Source of the DNA: Nitrospiraceae bacterium
GTDB lineage: Bacteria > Nitrospirota > Nitrospiria > Nitrospirales > Nitrospiraceae
Length of the DNA: 64,000 bases
Assembly: GCA_037442105.1 (NCBI GenBank)
Contig: JBBIQV010000003.1
Span: 63,670-127,669, forward strand
Direction: 5' to 3'
Part shown: piece after piece, positions 29,898 through 39,443 of the stretch
How the letters are laid out: each line of letters starts with the position of its first letter
Numbering within the stretch: position 1 is the stretch's first letter
Notes under the pieces: model-generated
Told to the model about the DNA's origin: nothing
Databases searched by the model: none
Seen by the model: the letters and a program-made list of their open reading frames with translations, nothing else
Made by a program: the position numbers and the translations under genes

Positions 29898-31697
29898 CTA
29901 GCGGAAACGAAGCGCTCCCGCCCCCGGCTTGATCTTCTTCCAAGACGATGTTTCGTGACAGCGTTCGCATGACGGGCCAAAACTGCCCTCGTGTTTGTCG
30001 TCCTTCTTATGACAACTGACACAAGCGTCGGAGGCTTTCACCTTCTTGCCCATTGGACTTCTATGGCAGGCATAACAGTCCAACTCTTTATGGCCGCCGT
30101 CCAGCTTGAAATGCGTCCGCGTGTCGTGGTCGAAATCCCAAATCTTCCAGTCTCGTGCATTGTGACAATCCTCGCACTGTAGCCCTAACCGGCGTTTGTG
30201 TACGTCTTCTTTCTCATGGCAGGCGACACAATCCGATTTGGCATCCTTGAACGCGGCCGTCAGGTGACATTTCTTGCACTCGACTTTTGCGTGCTTCCCT
30301 AATAATGGGAAGCGTGTAATGTCATGGTCAAACTTGGTTTCCTTCCACGATCGCTCGTTGTGGCACTCTTCACACTTTGTCCCTTCCTGACCTTTGTGTT
30401 TGTCGTCGTTCTCGTGGCAGGCGTAGCAAGTGGTCTTGAGCTTTTCCTTGTAGAGATGCCCCTTATGACAGCTCTCGCACTTGAGGGGTTTATGTTTGCC
30501 CAGCAATGGGTATTTCGTATCCCGATCATGGTCGAAGGGGATGGACTTCCAGTCCTTTTCAATATGGCAATTCTCGCACTTCTCGCCGTAATTCCCTTTG
30601 TGTTTATCATCCTTCTTGTGGCACGCGTAGCAGGTCGTGGGGGTCTTGTCTTTGTATAAGCGTCCTTTGTGGCAGCTTTCGCACTTGGTCGTTTTGTGTT
30701 TCCCCTTGAGCGGGTATTTCGTATCCCGATCATGGTCGAAGGGGATGGACTTCCAGTCCTTTTCAATATGGCAATTCTCGCACTTCTCGCCGTAATTCCC
30801 TTTGTGTTTATCATCCTTCTTGTGGCACGCGTAGCAGGCGGCCGGGGTTTTCTCTTTGCCTACCGGAACCTTGTGGCAGCTCTCACATTTCGTCTTCGTA
30901 TGTTTGCCCTTCAGCGGGTATGTGGTGTCCTTGTCGTGGTTAAACGAGGATGTCTTCCAATCCCTCTCTCCATGACAGGTTTCACACTTGGGACCAAACA
31001 CGCCCTTATGATAGTCGTCTTTCTTGTGACACGCATAGCAATCCATCGGTGTGTTCTTGTACCGTTCATCGGCATGGCAATCCACGCACTTGACGTCGGC
31101 ATGCTTGCCGCGTAGCAAGAAGCGGGTTTTGCTGTGGTCGAAACGAGTCTCCTTCCAGTTGCGCTCGGTGTGACAGTCGGCGCACGCTGGGCCAACGCTT
31201 CCCTTATGCTTGTCATCCTTCTTGTGACAGGCGTAGCAATCTGCCGGGGTGTCACGGTATTTGACCTTCGGCTTGTGGCAGGCTTTACACTCGGCTTTTT
31301 TGGCATCGGCGTGCGCGCCTTTTAGCGGAAAATCTGTCTGTTCGTGGTTGAACGTCTGTCCCGTGATGGGAGCGATGTTCTCCCTCCTGCCTTTGTGCTC
31401 CGTATGGCACTCACGGCATTCGCGTTCTTCCTTGAAACGTCCATGGTATCCCTGCTTTTGTGCAACGTCCTTGGTCACTTCCCTATGGCAATCGAGGCAG
31501 AGCTTGGTCTGGGCTCCCTTGTTGAAGCGCGCGTGACACTTTGCGCAATCTTCTTCCCATTTCGCGTGTCCCTCGATTACCTGTCCCGGCATGAGCGCGG
31601 TCTCGAGGCTGTCCGCCCCGCCCCGTGATGGAAACACAATCCCTGTCGCTGCCAGCACACCGACTACAACGGAAACATAGCGGAGTAAGTCCAGCAC
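29898..31697 (-). CDS. 24-haem periplasmic cytochrome c (PCC3-like)
   Basis: Signal peptide; 24 CxxCH counted by hand, arranged as 3 N-terminal haems plus seven trihaem FxH...PLxGxH units. Confidence 0.92.
   Translation of the reverse strand: MLDLLRYVSVVVGVLAATGIVFPSRGGADSLETALMPGQVIEGHAKWEEDCAKCHARFNKGAQTKLCLDCHREVTKDVAQKQGYHGRFKEERECRECHTEHKGRRENIAPITGQTFNHEQTDFPLKGAHADAKKAECKACHKPKVKYRDTPADCYACHKKDDKHKGSVGPACADCHTERNWKETRFDHSKTRFLLRGKHADVKCVDCHADERYKNTPMDCYACHKKDDYHKGVFGPKCETCHGERDWKTSSFNHDKDTTYPLKGKHTKTKCESCHKVPVGKEKTPAACYACHKKDDKHKGNYGEKCENCHIEKDWKSIPFDHDRDTKYPLKGKHKTTKCESCHKGRLYKDKTPTTCYACHKKDDKHKGNYGEKCENCHIEKDWKSIPFDHDRDTKYPLLGKHKPLKCESCHKGHLYKEKLKTTCYACHENDDKHKGQEGTKCEECHNERSWKETKFDHDITRFPLLGKHAKVECKKCHLTAAFKDAKSDCVACHEKEDVHKRRLGLQCEDCHNARDWKIWDFDHDTRTHFKLDGGHKELDCYACHRSPMGKKVKASDACVSCHKKDDKHEGSFGPSCERCHETSSWKKIKPGAGALRFR
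30508..30838. repeat. Perfect 127-bp direct repeat (30508-30634 and 30712-30838, period 204 nt) inside the 24-haem gene
   Basis: Identical sequence from gggtatttcgtatcc to gcacgcgtagcagg in both copies. Confidence 0.9.
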
Positions 31698-31712
31698 GGT
31701 GCGCCTGATTGC

Positions 31713-32669
31713 TCAGTACATATACACAGCAATCACATGAAAGACCGTACTGGCAGCCAAAATGTAAATCAGCGGAATGTGAAGCACGTGCCAGAGCGAA
31801 AACAGACGCTCGTATGTGCTGAACTGTGCGACACGCTGCACCTCCCTGAGATAAAGAGACGCCAAACCGATCGCTTCCGGCGCCCCCATCCGAAATTCCG
31901 GATGCTTCTCCGCGCGTAAGACGTGCCGCAGTTCTTGCGCACAGCGAAACTCGATTATCCTCCGCCTGAGCTCCAGCGTGAAGAAATGAAGCAAGTTGGC
32001 GGGAAAAGACCTCTCCGTGTGAATGGCCCTTTGCTCGAACGACAGCAGCCATTGCTCCACACGATGAGCGCAATGCAGCCGGGATTTTGCATCGTCCGAC
32101 CGGCCGAGGAGCTCTTTCTGAACTTTTTCCAGCGTCGCCCTGCTGCCGTACAGGCCATAGTGGATCTTCGTGTACACGAACCGGCCGATGATGCCGCTGA
32201 TGACGACGATCAGCATGCTGAAGAGCGCCACGGCCGCGTTAGGAGAACGGACATGAAAAGTGGAATGAAAAAGGACCAAAGTGGGGCCCAGGATTCCCAG
32301 CCACATATGCAAGCGAAACCAATGTTTGAGGGCTCCCCAGCGGTGCGTCCACCGCAGATGCTTTCGGAGCGGATAGGTTAAGAGCGCCAGCATCATCAGA
32401 GTTCCCGCCACTCCGAGATAGAATCCGAATCCCGATCGCGGCGTGTAGTACTTCCCATGGGCGACTTTCCATGCCAGCCATCCAAGCAGGACCGTGACTA
32501 AGAGCAAGTACGCACGTCCCAGCATGGACGGATTCTGCGAAGGTCCCGCCGGTTCAAGCGCCGCAGTCTTCGGTGAGTGGACGACGGAATGGGATGGGTG
32601 CTGCTGGATGGTATCAGCCTGAGCCAAACATGCCTCCTTCCGAGAAAAGCCGATGCCGACCGATGCCAT
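31713..32669 (-). CDS. Inner-membrane His-rich protein, ferric-reductase/cytochrome-b-like (PCC3 inner-membrane component)
   Basis: About 5 TMs; WFRLHMWLG...LFHS, WHVLHIPL and FHVIAV His motifs; directly upstream of the 24-haem gene. Confidence 0.75.
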   Translation of the reverse strand: MASVGIGFSRKEACLAQADTIQQHPSHSVVHSPKTAALEPAGPSQNPSMLGRAYLLLVTVLLGWLAWKVAHGKYYTPRSGFGFYLGVAGTLMMLALLTYPLRKHLRWTHRWGALKHWFRLHMWLGILGPTLVLFHSTFHVRSPNAAVALFSMLIVVISGIIGRFVYTKIHYGLYGSRATLEKVQKELLGRSDDAKSRLHCAHRVEQWLLSFEQRAIHTERSFPANLLHFFTLELRRRIIEFRCAQELRHVLRAEKHPEFRMGAPEAIGLASLYLREVQRVAQFSTYERLFSLWHVLHIPLIYILAASTVFHVIAVYMY

Positions 32670-33015
32670 GACCTGCTATTGATCTACCACGTTACACGCA
32701 ATTCCTGAGCCTAAATCGGAAAATGTGCCCTGATCAGACTGTGTGGTTTTGACCTACCTTTTTGTTCAAAACCGTCTGGGCCTTCTGTGCATGCGCTGAA
32801 AGCCGGAACGTCCAGTCCAGACATTTCAACGACATAAGGAAAGCGTTCCATAGTGGTCCCGGACTTGCTTGCCCTTGATGGGATCAACGGTGGGATTATT
32901 TTCCCAATATTGCTGATTGTCGCTCGTGGGGCGAACACACCAAATTCTAACGATAGGCAGAAGTTGGCTGGCTGCAGGCGTTTGTGAACAGTCTGGCTGG
33001 GTTCTGAACTTGTCG
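32670..33015. promoter_or_regulatory. Divergent promoter region of the porin-cytochrome cluster, with palindromes
   Basis: Non-coding gap between divergent genes; TTGAT-GGG-ATCAA at 32875-32887 and TGGGA-N6-TCCCA at 32891-32906. Confidence 0.4.
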
Positions 33016-34160
33016 ATGAACATGGGCGGGAAATCTCGAATTCCAGGATCGCAAGCGCTCAGCACGTTGCTCATTGCATTGCTGTTCGGCGCAGCTTGTT
33101 TTGTGAGCAGTGACGCAGAAGCGCAAGGTGGGAGAAGTCGTACTGATATCGAGTTCAATCACGGTTCAACCGGGTTTCCGTTGACCGGCGGTCATACGCA
33201 GGTCAGGTGCGAGCGATGTCATATGCAAGGAATATTCAGAGGGACTCCCACCCAGTGTATGCAGTGCCACGCACCCGGCGGGCGAGTGTTTTCGACGTTC
33301 AAACCCAGCAACCACATCCCTACCACGCTGAACTGCAATAGCTGTCACCGAACGACAAATTGGACGCCGGCCTTCTTTGCGCATACGGGCGTTGCGCCAG
33401 GCAGTTGTACTACGTGCCATAACAACAGCATAAGGCGGGGCAAGCCGGCCACGCATGTGCCGACGACGGGGGCCTGCGACACGTGCCATNNNNNNNNNNN
33501 NNNNNNNNNNNNNNNNNNNNNNNNNNNNNNNNNNNNNNNNNNNNNNNNNNNNNNNNNNNNNNNNNNNNNNNNNNNNNNNNNNNNNNNNNGACGCCGGGCA
33601 GTTGCGCGACCTGTCACAACGGCAGCACGGCGCGGGGCAAGCCGGCCACGCATGTGCCGACGACGGGGGCCTGCGACACGTGCCATCGGACGACGGCCTG
33701 GGTCCCGGCGACGTTCAGCCACGCGGGGGTGACGCCGGGCAGTTGCGCGACCTGTCACAACGGCAGCACGGCGCGGGGCAAGCCGACGGGTCACTTCGTG
33801 ACGTCGCAAGCCTGCGATGTTTGCCATCGTACAACCGGCTGGATACCGGTCAATGCCTATGTCCACCGGACGCCGTATTACAAGGCTCACCGATCCGATG
33901 TGACGTGTAACGCCTGCCATACCAATAACAATGAAATGCTGGCCTGGCCGTACGCAGCCTACAAACCTGATTGCGCTGGTTGCCATGCGGGCCGTTTCAA
34001 GCCCGATCCGCATAAGAAATCCGAGTCGCCGAGGATTCTCTACACCGTTATGGAACTGAAAGACTGCTCGGGCAGTTGCCACGTGTACACCAACTCCACG
34101 TTCACCACCATTAGCAAAAGCCGCAGCGGCCAACACCGCCCGACCGGTGGCGGCTTCTAA
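33016..34160 (+). CDS. Secreted repeat multihaem cytochrome c (>=11 CxxCH + 1 CxxxCH), interrupted by a 100-N assembly gap
   Basis: Signal peptide ending AEA; 5 haem motifs before the gap and 7 after; 47-aa dihaem repeat TPGSCATCH...ACDTCH. The two track ORFs are one gene split by the gap. Confidence 0.88.
33396..33840 (+). repeat. 141-bp tandem dihaem-coding repeat array, unresolved at the gap
   Basis: acgccgggcagttgcgcgacctgtcacaac occurs at 33591 and 33732; ggggcaagccggccacgcatgtgccgacgacgggggcctgcgacacgtgccat occurs on both sides of the gap. Confidence 0.85.
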
Positions 34161-34184
34161 CAATCGTTTCAGGGAGATACTCGA

Positions 34185-36530
34185 TTGGATGTGAGTTGTG
34201 CAAGCAGGTTGCGTCTTGTAAAACGCGTCGTCCTGCTTGGCGCCATCCTTGCCTTTGGCTTGCTCAGTGTGCCGGTTCCAGTCTCCGCGCAAGTCCTCGA
34301 TCGTATCGAAATCGTCGAAACTCCGACGGAAGCCGAGATCCACATCGTGTTTAATACGCGCGTGCTCTACCTGCGCCATACTCCTACGGACCAGGGTGAT
34401 CTGGTCCGGATGTTTTTGGACTTTCCGGAACTCGACCGGTCTCGCCGGCTCGGACGAGAACTTGCTGCGTCCCCGCCGAGCGACCTGGTACCGAAGTTTT
34501 CGGTGACGTTTCCTGATCAGGCCACGAACGGACTGTCCGTCAAGTTCAGCCGGCCGGTAAGGTTCAAAGTGAGCCAACGGGATATCAGGCGCAGCAGTCG
34601 AATCGTCATTTCTGTAAAGCTGGAAAAGCCGCAAGCGACGCCGTCTGCCATTGCCGGTTCCACTCCGCCTGTCATTTCGTCTCCGCCGGAGGAGAAAGCT
34701 CAACCGCCTCTGGCCACGCCACCCCCTCAGGTAAGATCGCGCCCATTCGCCATACCGCCTTTCCGTCCCGGAATGGATATCCAACGGTATGCGGAGGATC
34801 TGATGAAGCAGGGCCGTGGGGCGTTAACTGCCGGGGACAACGAGAAAGCGATTCAGATCTTCAATGCGTTGTTGAATCTCCCGCCCCACAAACAGTCGCA
34901 AGACGCTCAAGAACTGGTCGGATTGGCCCGTGAGCGGAACGGCGAGATCGCCAAAGCCAAAGTGGAATATGAGCAGTACCTGAAAGCCTACCCGGAAGGT
35001 GAAGGCGCAACAAGAGTTCGCCAGAGATTGGCGACACTGGCAGAAGCCAAACCGCAAGTCGCTCTACGCAAATTTGGAGAGAGGCAAGCCAGGCAAATTG
35101 ACGAGATGACCGTCTATGGTAGCGTGTACGAATACTATTACGGCGGGTATACTCAGCAAAAAACGAAGGCCAAAGACATCAACACGACGACCACGCTGAA
35201 CACCCACGACCAATCGTTGCTGGTCTCCGCTTTCGACATCACCGGTCGTTACCGCAAGAATGAGTATGACAACAAATTTGTGGTGCGCGGCACGCACTCC
35301 TGGGACTTCCTGGCTGCCGACGACGTAAGAAGGAACATTGCCCGTTTAAGGGCAGCCTATTTTGAGCACTCGAGCCAGGATTCCTATCTCCTTCGGGTGG
35401 GCCGGCAGCCGGGCAATACCGGTGGGATTCTGGACTATCGGTTTGACGGCGCGTGGTTCCGCTACACCGTCGCGCCCCAATTCCTCAACGTGAACTTGGT
35501 GGGAGGGCTGCCCCGGGAATTCAGCTTGGATGCCACGTCTGTCCCCGATGATCCCCGAAACTTCCGAGCCGACTTCAAACGCCATTTTTATGGGGCCAAT
35601 CTGGACATCGGGCCTGTGGCGGGGGCGTGGAGCGGCAACGCCTATGTCATTAATCAAGTGGTAAATGGGGTTGTCGACCGCCGGGCCGTGGGCGGGGAAC
35701 TGCGCTATGCCTCGAACGGCAAGAACGCTTATTCACTGATCGATTACGACATCTCCTACGGGGTGTTGAATGTTGCCATGCTCAACGGCACCTGGGTGAC
35801 CGAAGGCGGCACGACCTATACGGTACTGCTGGACCACCGCAAAACCCCGTACCTGCAGACGACCAACGCGTTGCTCGGGAGCGGGCTGACATCGATCGAC
35901 GGCATCTTCAAGAGCGAGAACGAGAGTGTCTTACGCCAGCAGGCCAAAACCCTCACGGCAACCAGCGACCTGTTCATGGCCGGCATTCTTCATCCTGTCA
36001 CCAAAACCTGGCAATTGGGCGGTGATGTTCGGATGAACCGGATCTCCGGCACCTCCGCGACCAACTGTCTGGTGGTGACTCCTGGGACCAGTGTGGTTTT
36101 TCAGAACCCTAATGCCGTGACCGACGCACCCTGTTCCCTCCAGGCGCTGCCTGGGACCGGCGATATCTGGACCTATACCGTCCAGGCCATCGGGACAGAT
36201 GTGCCGTTTCAGAACAGCACGTTCGTTATGAACGGCAGTTATATCAACAGCCCGACCTACCAAGGCCAGTCGTTGTCTCTGAATTCTCTCGGACGATTCG
36301 GCCAGAAGTGGCAAGTGGACACGTTCGTCACCCTCTATCATCAGAAGGACAGTACCAATATGCGCTTGTATCGCGTGACGCCGTCTTTGCGCATTGATTA
36401 CCGGTGGCTCGACAGTTGGACATTCGAGGCGGCGGGAGGGGTAGAGAAGACGATCACCGACAGCCCAACCCAGCGCGACTCGATTCTCCGGCAATTCTTT
36501 TTCTTTGGTATTCGGTGGGACTTCTCATAA
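34185..36530 (+). CDS. Outer-membrane beta-barrel (porin) with N-terminal AMIN-like and TPR periplasmic domains
   Basis: Signal peptide; TPR segment (AQELVGLARERNG...YLKAYP); alternating beta strands; aromatic C-terminus FFFGIRWDFS; follows the multihaem gene. Confidence 0.8.
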   Translation: MDVSCASRLRLVKRVVLLGAILAFGLLSVPVPVSAQVLDRIEIVETPTEAEIHIVFNTRVLYLRHTPTDQGDLVRMFLDFPELDRSRRLGRELAASPPSDLVPKFSVTFPDQATNGLSVKFSRPVRFKVSQRDIRRSSRIVISVKLEKPQATPSAIAGSTPPVISSPPEEKAQPPLATPPPQVRSRPFAIPPFRPGMDIQRYAEDLMKQGRGALTAGDNEKAIQIFNALLNLPPHKQSQDAQELVGLARERNGEIAKAKVEYEQYLKAYPEGEGATRVRQRLATLAEAKPQVALRKFGERQARQIDEMTVYGSVYEYYYGGYTQQKTKAKDINTTTTLNTHDQSLLVSAFDITGRYRKNEYDNKFVVRGTHSWDFLAADDVRRNIARLRAAYFEHSSQDSYLLRVGRQPGNTGGILDYRFDGAWFRYTVAPQFLNVNLVGGLPREFSLDATSVPDDPRNFRADFKRHFYGANLDIGPVAGAWSGNAYVINQVVNGVVDRRAVGGELRYASNGKNAYSLIDYDISYGVLNVAMLNGTWVTEGGTTYTVLLDHRKTPYLQTTNALLGSGLTSIDGIFKSENESVLRQQAKTLTATSDLFMAGILHPVTKTWQLGGDVRMNRISGTSATNCLVVTPGTSVVFQNPNAVTDAPCSLQALPGTGDIWTYTVQAIGTDVPFQNSTFVMNGSYINSPTYQGQSLSLNSLGRFGQKWQVDTFVTLYHQKDSTNMRLYRVTPSLRIDYRWLDSWTFEAAGGVEKTITDSPTQRDSILRQFFFFGIRWDFS

Positions 36531-36555
36531 AATCATCCCTGGATCATCTTGAACG

Positions 36556-37176
36556 ATGCTTGAAGTAGCCAACCTGAGTTGCAGTCGCGGAGACCGCCGG
36601 CTCTTTTCGGGAGTGACGTTTACGGTTCAGCCTGGCGGCGTGTTGTGTGTCCAAGGAGACAACGGAATCGGTAAGACCAGTCTGTTGCGTTTGGTCTGCG
36701 GATTGATGTCGCCGGAGGAGGGATCGATCAGGTGGCAAGGGACGGATATTCGCCAGTGGCACGAACGCTATGTCGCCCAGTTGATCTATGTTGGACATCT
36801 CAACGGGCTCAAGGATGACCTCACACCATTAGAGAATCTGCGGGTCTCGTCCCTTCTGGCGGGCGAGAGGCTCCCGCTCGAATCAGTTGGGGCGGCATTG
36901 ACCGCTATGGGTCTAGACCGGTCCGCTCATCTGCTGCCCACGAGCGTGTTATCTCAGGGACAGAAGCGGCGAGTGGCGTTGGCCCGCTTGTGGAGTCTCA
37001 CGCGCCCCTTGTGGGTTCTCGACGAACCTTTCGCCGCGCTTGATGCCGCTGCTGTAGATCTCTTGACTCGGCGTTTGCAGGCACATGTGAGTGCCGGCGG
37101 CATGGTTGTGCTGGCTACCCACCAGGAGGTTGACGTTGCTGCCGATTGCGTTCGCCATTTGAGGCTGACCGGATGA
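36556..37176 (+). CDS. ccmA: Haem export ABC ATPase
   Basis: GDNGIGKT, YVGHLNGLK, LSQGQKRRVALARL, LWVLDEP. Confidence 0.95.
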   Translation: MLEVANLSCSRGDRRLFSGVTFTVQPGGVLCVQGDNGIGKTSLLRLVCGLMSPEEGSIRWQGTDIRQWHERYVAQLIYVGHLNGLKDDLTPLENLRVSSLLAGERLPLESVGAALTAMGLDRSAHLLPTSVLSQGQKRRVALARLWSLTRPLWVLDEPFAALDAAAVDLLTRRLQAHVSAGGMVVLATHQEVDVAADCVRHLRLTG

Positions 37177-37856
37177 GCCGATCCGGAATGTTCTTGGCCG
37201 TTCGAGGGATCATTTGGCGAGATCTTCTGCTGGCCTTGCGACGACGCTCGGATCTGATGACGACCGTCTTGTTCTTCGTCATTGCCACCAGCCTGTTCCC
37301 GCTGGGGGTCGGACCAGATCAAGCGGTGTTACGGATAACCGCCCCAGGGGTATTATGGGTTGCCGCTCTGTTGTCCTGCATGTTGTCGTTGAGCCGGCTT
37401 TTTGCAGGGGATTATCAAGATGGCACACTGGAACAAATGCTGGTGACTCCTCAGTTGCTCGCGGCGCTCGTGACCGGCAAGGTGTGTGTGCACTGGCTTG
37501 TGTCCGGATTGCCCATCGTCCTGCTCGCGCCTCTGCTTGGATTACAGTTCGGCTTAGGAGGTGAATCGTTATGGGTGTTGACTCTGTCATTGCTGCTGGG
37601 CACCCCGGTGCTGAGTTTGATTGGATCGATCGGCGCAGCCCTCACGCTTGGCATCCGAGGGAGCGGCCTACTGATGGCTCTCTTGGTATTACCGCTGTTC
37701 GTACCCGTTTTGATTTTCGGGGCCGGCGCGGTGTCGAGCAGCATGGCCGGGATGGGGGTGGAAGCCAATTTCTCGCTGTTGGGCGCGTGTCTGGTGCTGG
37801 CGCTTGGTCTGGCGCCATGGGCCACCGCTGCGGCGTTGCGCATTGCCATGGAGTAG
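37173..37856 (+). CDS. ccmB: Haem exporter permease
   Basis: LFPLGVGP, DYQDGTLEQ, LLGTP, LVLPLFVPVLIFG. Confidence 0.95.
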   Translation: MSRSGMFLAVRGIIWRDLLLALRRRSDLMTTVLFFVIATSLFPLGVGPDQAVLRITAPGVLWVAALLSCMLSLSRLFAGDYQDGTLEQMLVTPQLLAALVTGKVCVHWLVSGLPIVLLAPLLGLQFGLGGESLWVLTLSLLLGTPVLSLIGSIGAALTLGIRGSGLLMALLVLPLFVPVLIFGAGAVSSSMAGMGVEANFSLLGACLVLALGLAPWATAAALRIAME

Positions 37857-38036
37857 CCCGCATTATTCATGAAGCTTCTGCTGCAAGCGCGGATATGCGG
37901 CTGCAACGGGCAGTCTCGGCGCTCAGCCCTTCAACATACTGCGCGAGTATGCTTCAGGGCTTCGCACCTCCGAGTGCCCGTTTCGCTTCGCATCTGCGCG
38001 CTTTCGCGACGAACCGTCATGAATAATGCGGGCTAG
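37854..38036. mobile_element. ~180-bp MITE-like element with 19-bp perfect terminal inverted repeats
   Basis: tagcccgcattattcatga (37854-37872) and tcatgaataatgcgggcta (38017-38035); TAG at both ends; nested internal inverted repeats. Confidence 0.8.
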
Positions 38037-38046
38037 GAGCTTTCCG

Positions 38047-38790
38047 ATGAAGTTGCCGGGCATCAATTGGTTCAGATTTTCGTCGCCCCAAGCGTTGTAT
38101 CCGCTTGCGGGATCACTCATCCCGTGGTTCGCCTTCGCTGCGGTGCTGTTCATCGTCATCGGCCTCTACATCGGCTTCTTCGTGGCCCCCACCGATTTTC
38201 AGCAGGGCGACGCGTACCGAATCATCTTCGTCCATGTGCCGGCAGCTTGGATGTCGATGTTCCTGTACGTGGTGATGGCGGGCTGGGCGGCCTTAGGACT
38301 GGGGTTGAAGGTGCGACCTTCTTTCATGATGGCGCAAGCGGTCGCGCCTACTGGTGCGATGTTCACGTTTCTTGCGCTGCTGACCGGTTCTCTGTGGGGC
38401 AAGCCTACCTGGGGAACTTGGTGGGTGTGGGATGCGCGGCTGACCTCGGAGCTGATTCTGTTGTTCCTGTATTTGGGTACGATATTGTTGCATGCGGCGA
38501 TTGACGATCCACGGCGTGCCGATCGTGCCAGCGCCGTCTTCGCGGTCGTCGGCGTCGTGAACGTGCCGATCATCTATTTCTCCGTTCAGTGGTGGAACAC
38601 ACTGCATCAAGGAGCGTCCATCAGCGCGACGGTGGCGCCGAAGATGGCTGCGATCATGGTCGCAGGAATGTTGCTGGTGGCGGTCGGGTTCTGGATGTAT
38701 AGCATTGCCGTGGCGCTCACGCGTCTGCGCTGTGTGGTCCTCGAGCGCGAACGTCATGCCTCCTGGGTCCAGGAACTGAAGGTGGGCTGA
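38047..38790 (+). CDS. ccmC: Haem exporter / haem delivery protein
   Basis: HVPAAW, WGKPTWGTWWVWDARLT (WWD domain), WWNTLHQ. Confidence 0.96.
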   Translation: MKLPGINWFRFSSPQALYPLAGSLIPWFAFAAVLFIVIGLYIGFFVAPTDFQQGDAYRIIFVHVPAAWMSMFLYVVMAGWAALGLGLKVRPSFMMAQAVAPTGAMFTFLALLTGSLWGKPTWGTWWVWDARLTSELILLFLYLGTILLHAAIDDPRRADRASAVFAVVGVVNVPIIYFSVQWWNTLHQGASISATVAPKMAAIMVAGMLLVAVGFWMYSIAVALTRLRCVVLERERHASWVQELKVG

Positions 38791-38969
38791 TGGCGTGGGG
38801 AAGTCTCTCGGAGTTTCTCATGATGGGTGGATATGGACTCTACGTGTGGCCCTCGATCGGAGCCACTGCCCTGAGCATGGGGTGGGAAGTGCTGGCTTTG
38901 CGCCGACGGCGCGCTACGGCGGTTCGTTCAGTTCCTCAGCAGCGAACGGTTGAAGGTAAACAACGATGA
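38790..38969 (+). CDS. ccmD: Haem exporter protein D (59 aa, absent from the ORF track)
   Basis: Hand translation [24 protein letters not shown]...RRRR; overlaps the ccmC stop and the ccmE start. Confidence 0.88.
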   Translation: MAWGSLSEFLMMGGYGLYVWPSIGATALSMGWEVLALRRRRATAVRSVPQQRTVEGKQR

Positions 38970-39442
38970 GCCCACGCCGGAAACGGTTTGCGATGATCGG
39001 GATCGGCTTGGTCGCGCTCGCGCTCGCTGCGGCATTGGTGCTGAATGCGTTCCGCAACAATCTGGTCTTCTTCTTCACCCCCACCCAGGTGGCGAACGGC
39101 GAAGTGCCGCAGGGACGAAGTTTCCGCATCGGCGGATTGGTGGAGGCGGGCAGCCTTTTGCGGGAGAGTGACGGGCTGACCGTTCATTTCGCCGTGACGG
39201 ATATGGCGAAACGTGTTCCGGTGACGTACAAAGGAATTCTTCCTGATTTGTTCAAGGAGGGGAAAGGCGCTGTTGCTCAAGGACGACTAGGCCCAGATGG
39301 CGTCTTTCTGGCGAGCGAGGTGCTCGCCAAACACGACGAGAACTATATGCCGCCTGAAGCGGCGGAGGCCTTGGCGAAAGCGAAGGCTTCCGGCGCGCAG
39401 AGCGCCCGACCACCAAGCGGTCGTGCCGCGCTAGCAAACTAA
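38966..39442 (+). CDS. ccmE: Haem chaperone
   Basis: [27 protein letters not shown]. Confidence 0.96.
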   Translation: MSPRRKRFAMIGIGLVALALAAALVLNAFRNNLVFFFTPTQVANGEVPQGRSFRIGGLVEAGSLLRESDGLTVHFAVTDMAKRVPVTYKGILPDLFKEGKGAVAQGRLGPDGVFLASEVLAKHDENYMPPEAAEALAKAKASGAQSARPPSGRAALAN

Positions 39443-39443
39443 C

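Noticed and set aside
29898..31697. Hydroxylamine oxidoreductase or MtrA/MtoA
   Set aside because: Haem number (24) and the regular trihaem repeat fit neither octahaem HAO nor decahaem MtrA.
33483..33732. Apparent frameshift or two separate cytochrome genes
   Set aside because: Caused by the 100-N placeholder gap inside a tandem repeat.
33345..34784. Long antisense ORFs (479 aa here; also 4175..5833, 10778..12127, 43338..44669, 63028..63981) and the off-frame 51349..53172
   Set aside because: Shadow frames of well-supported genes in GC-rich DNA, with no recognisable motifs.
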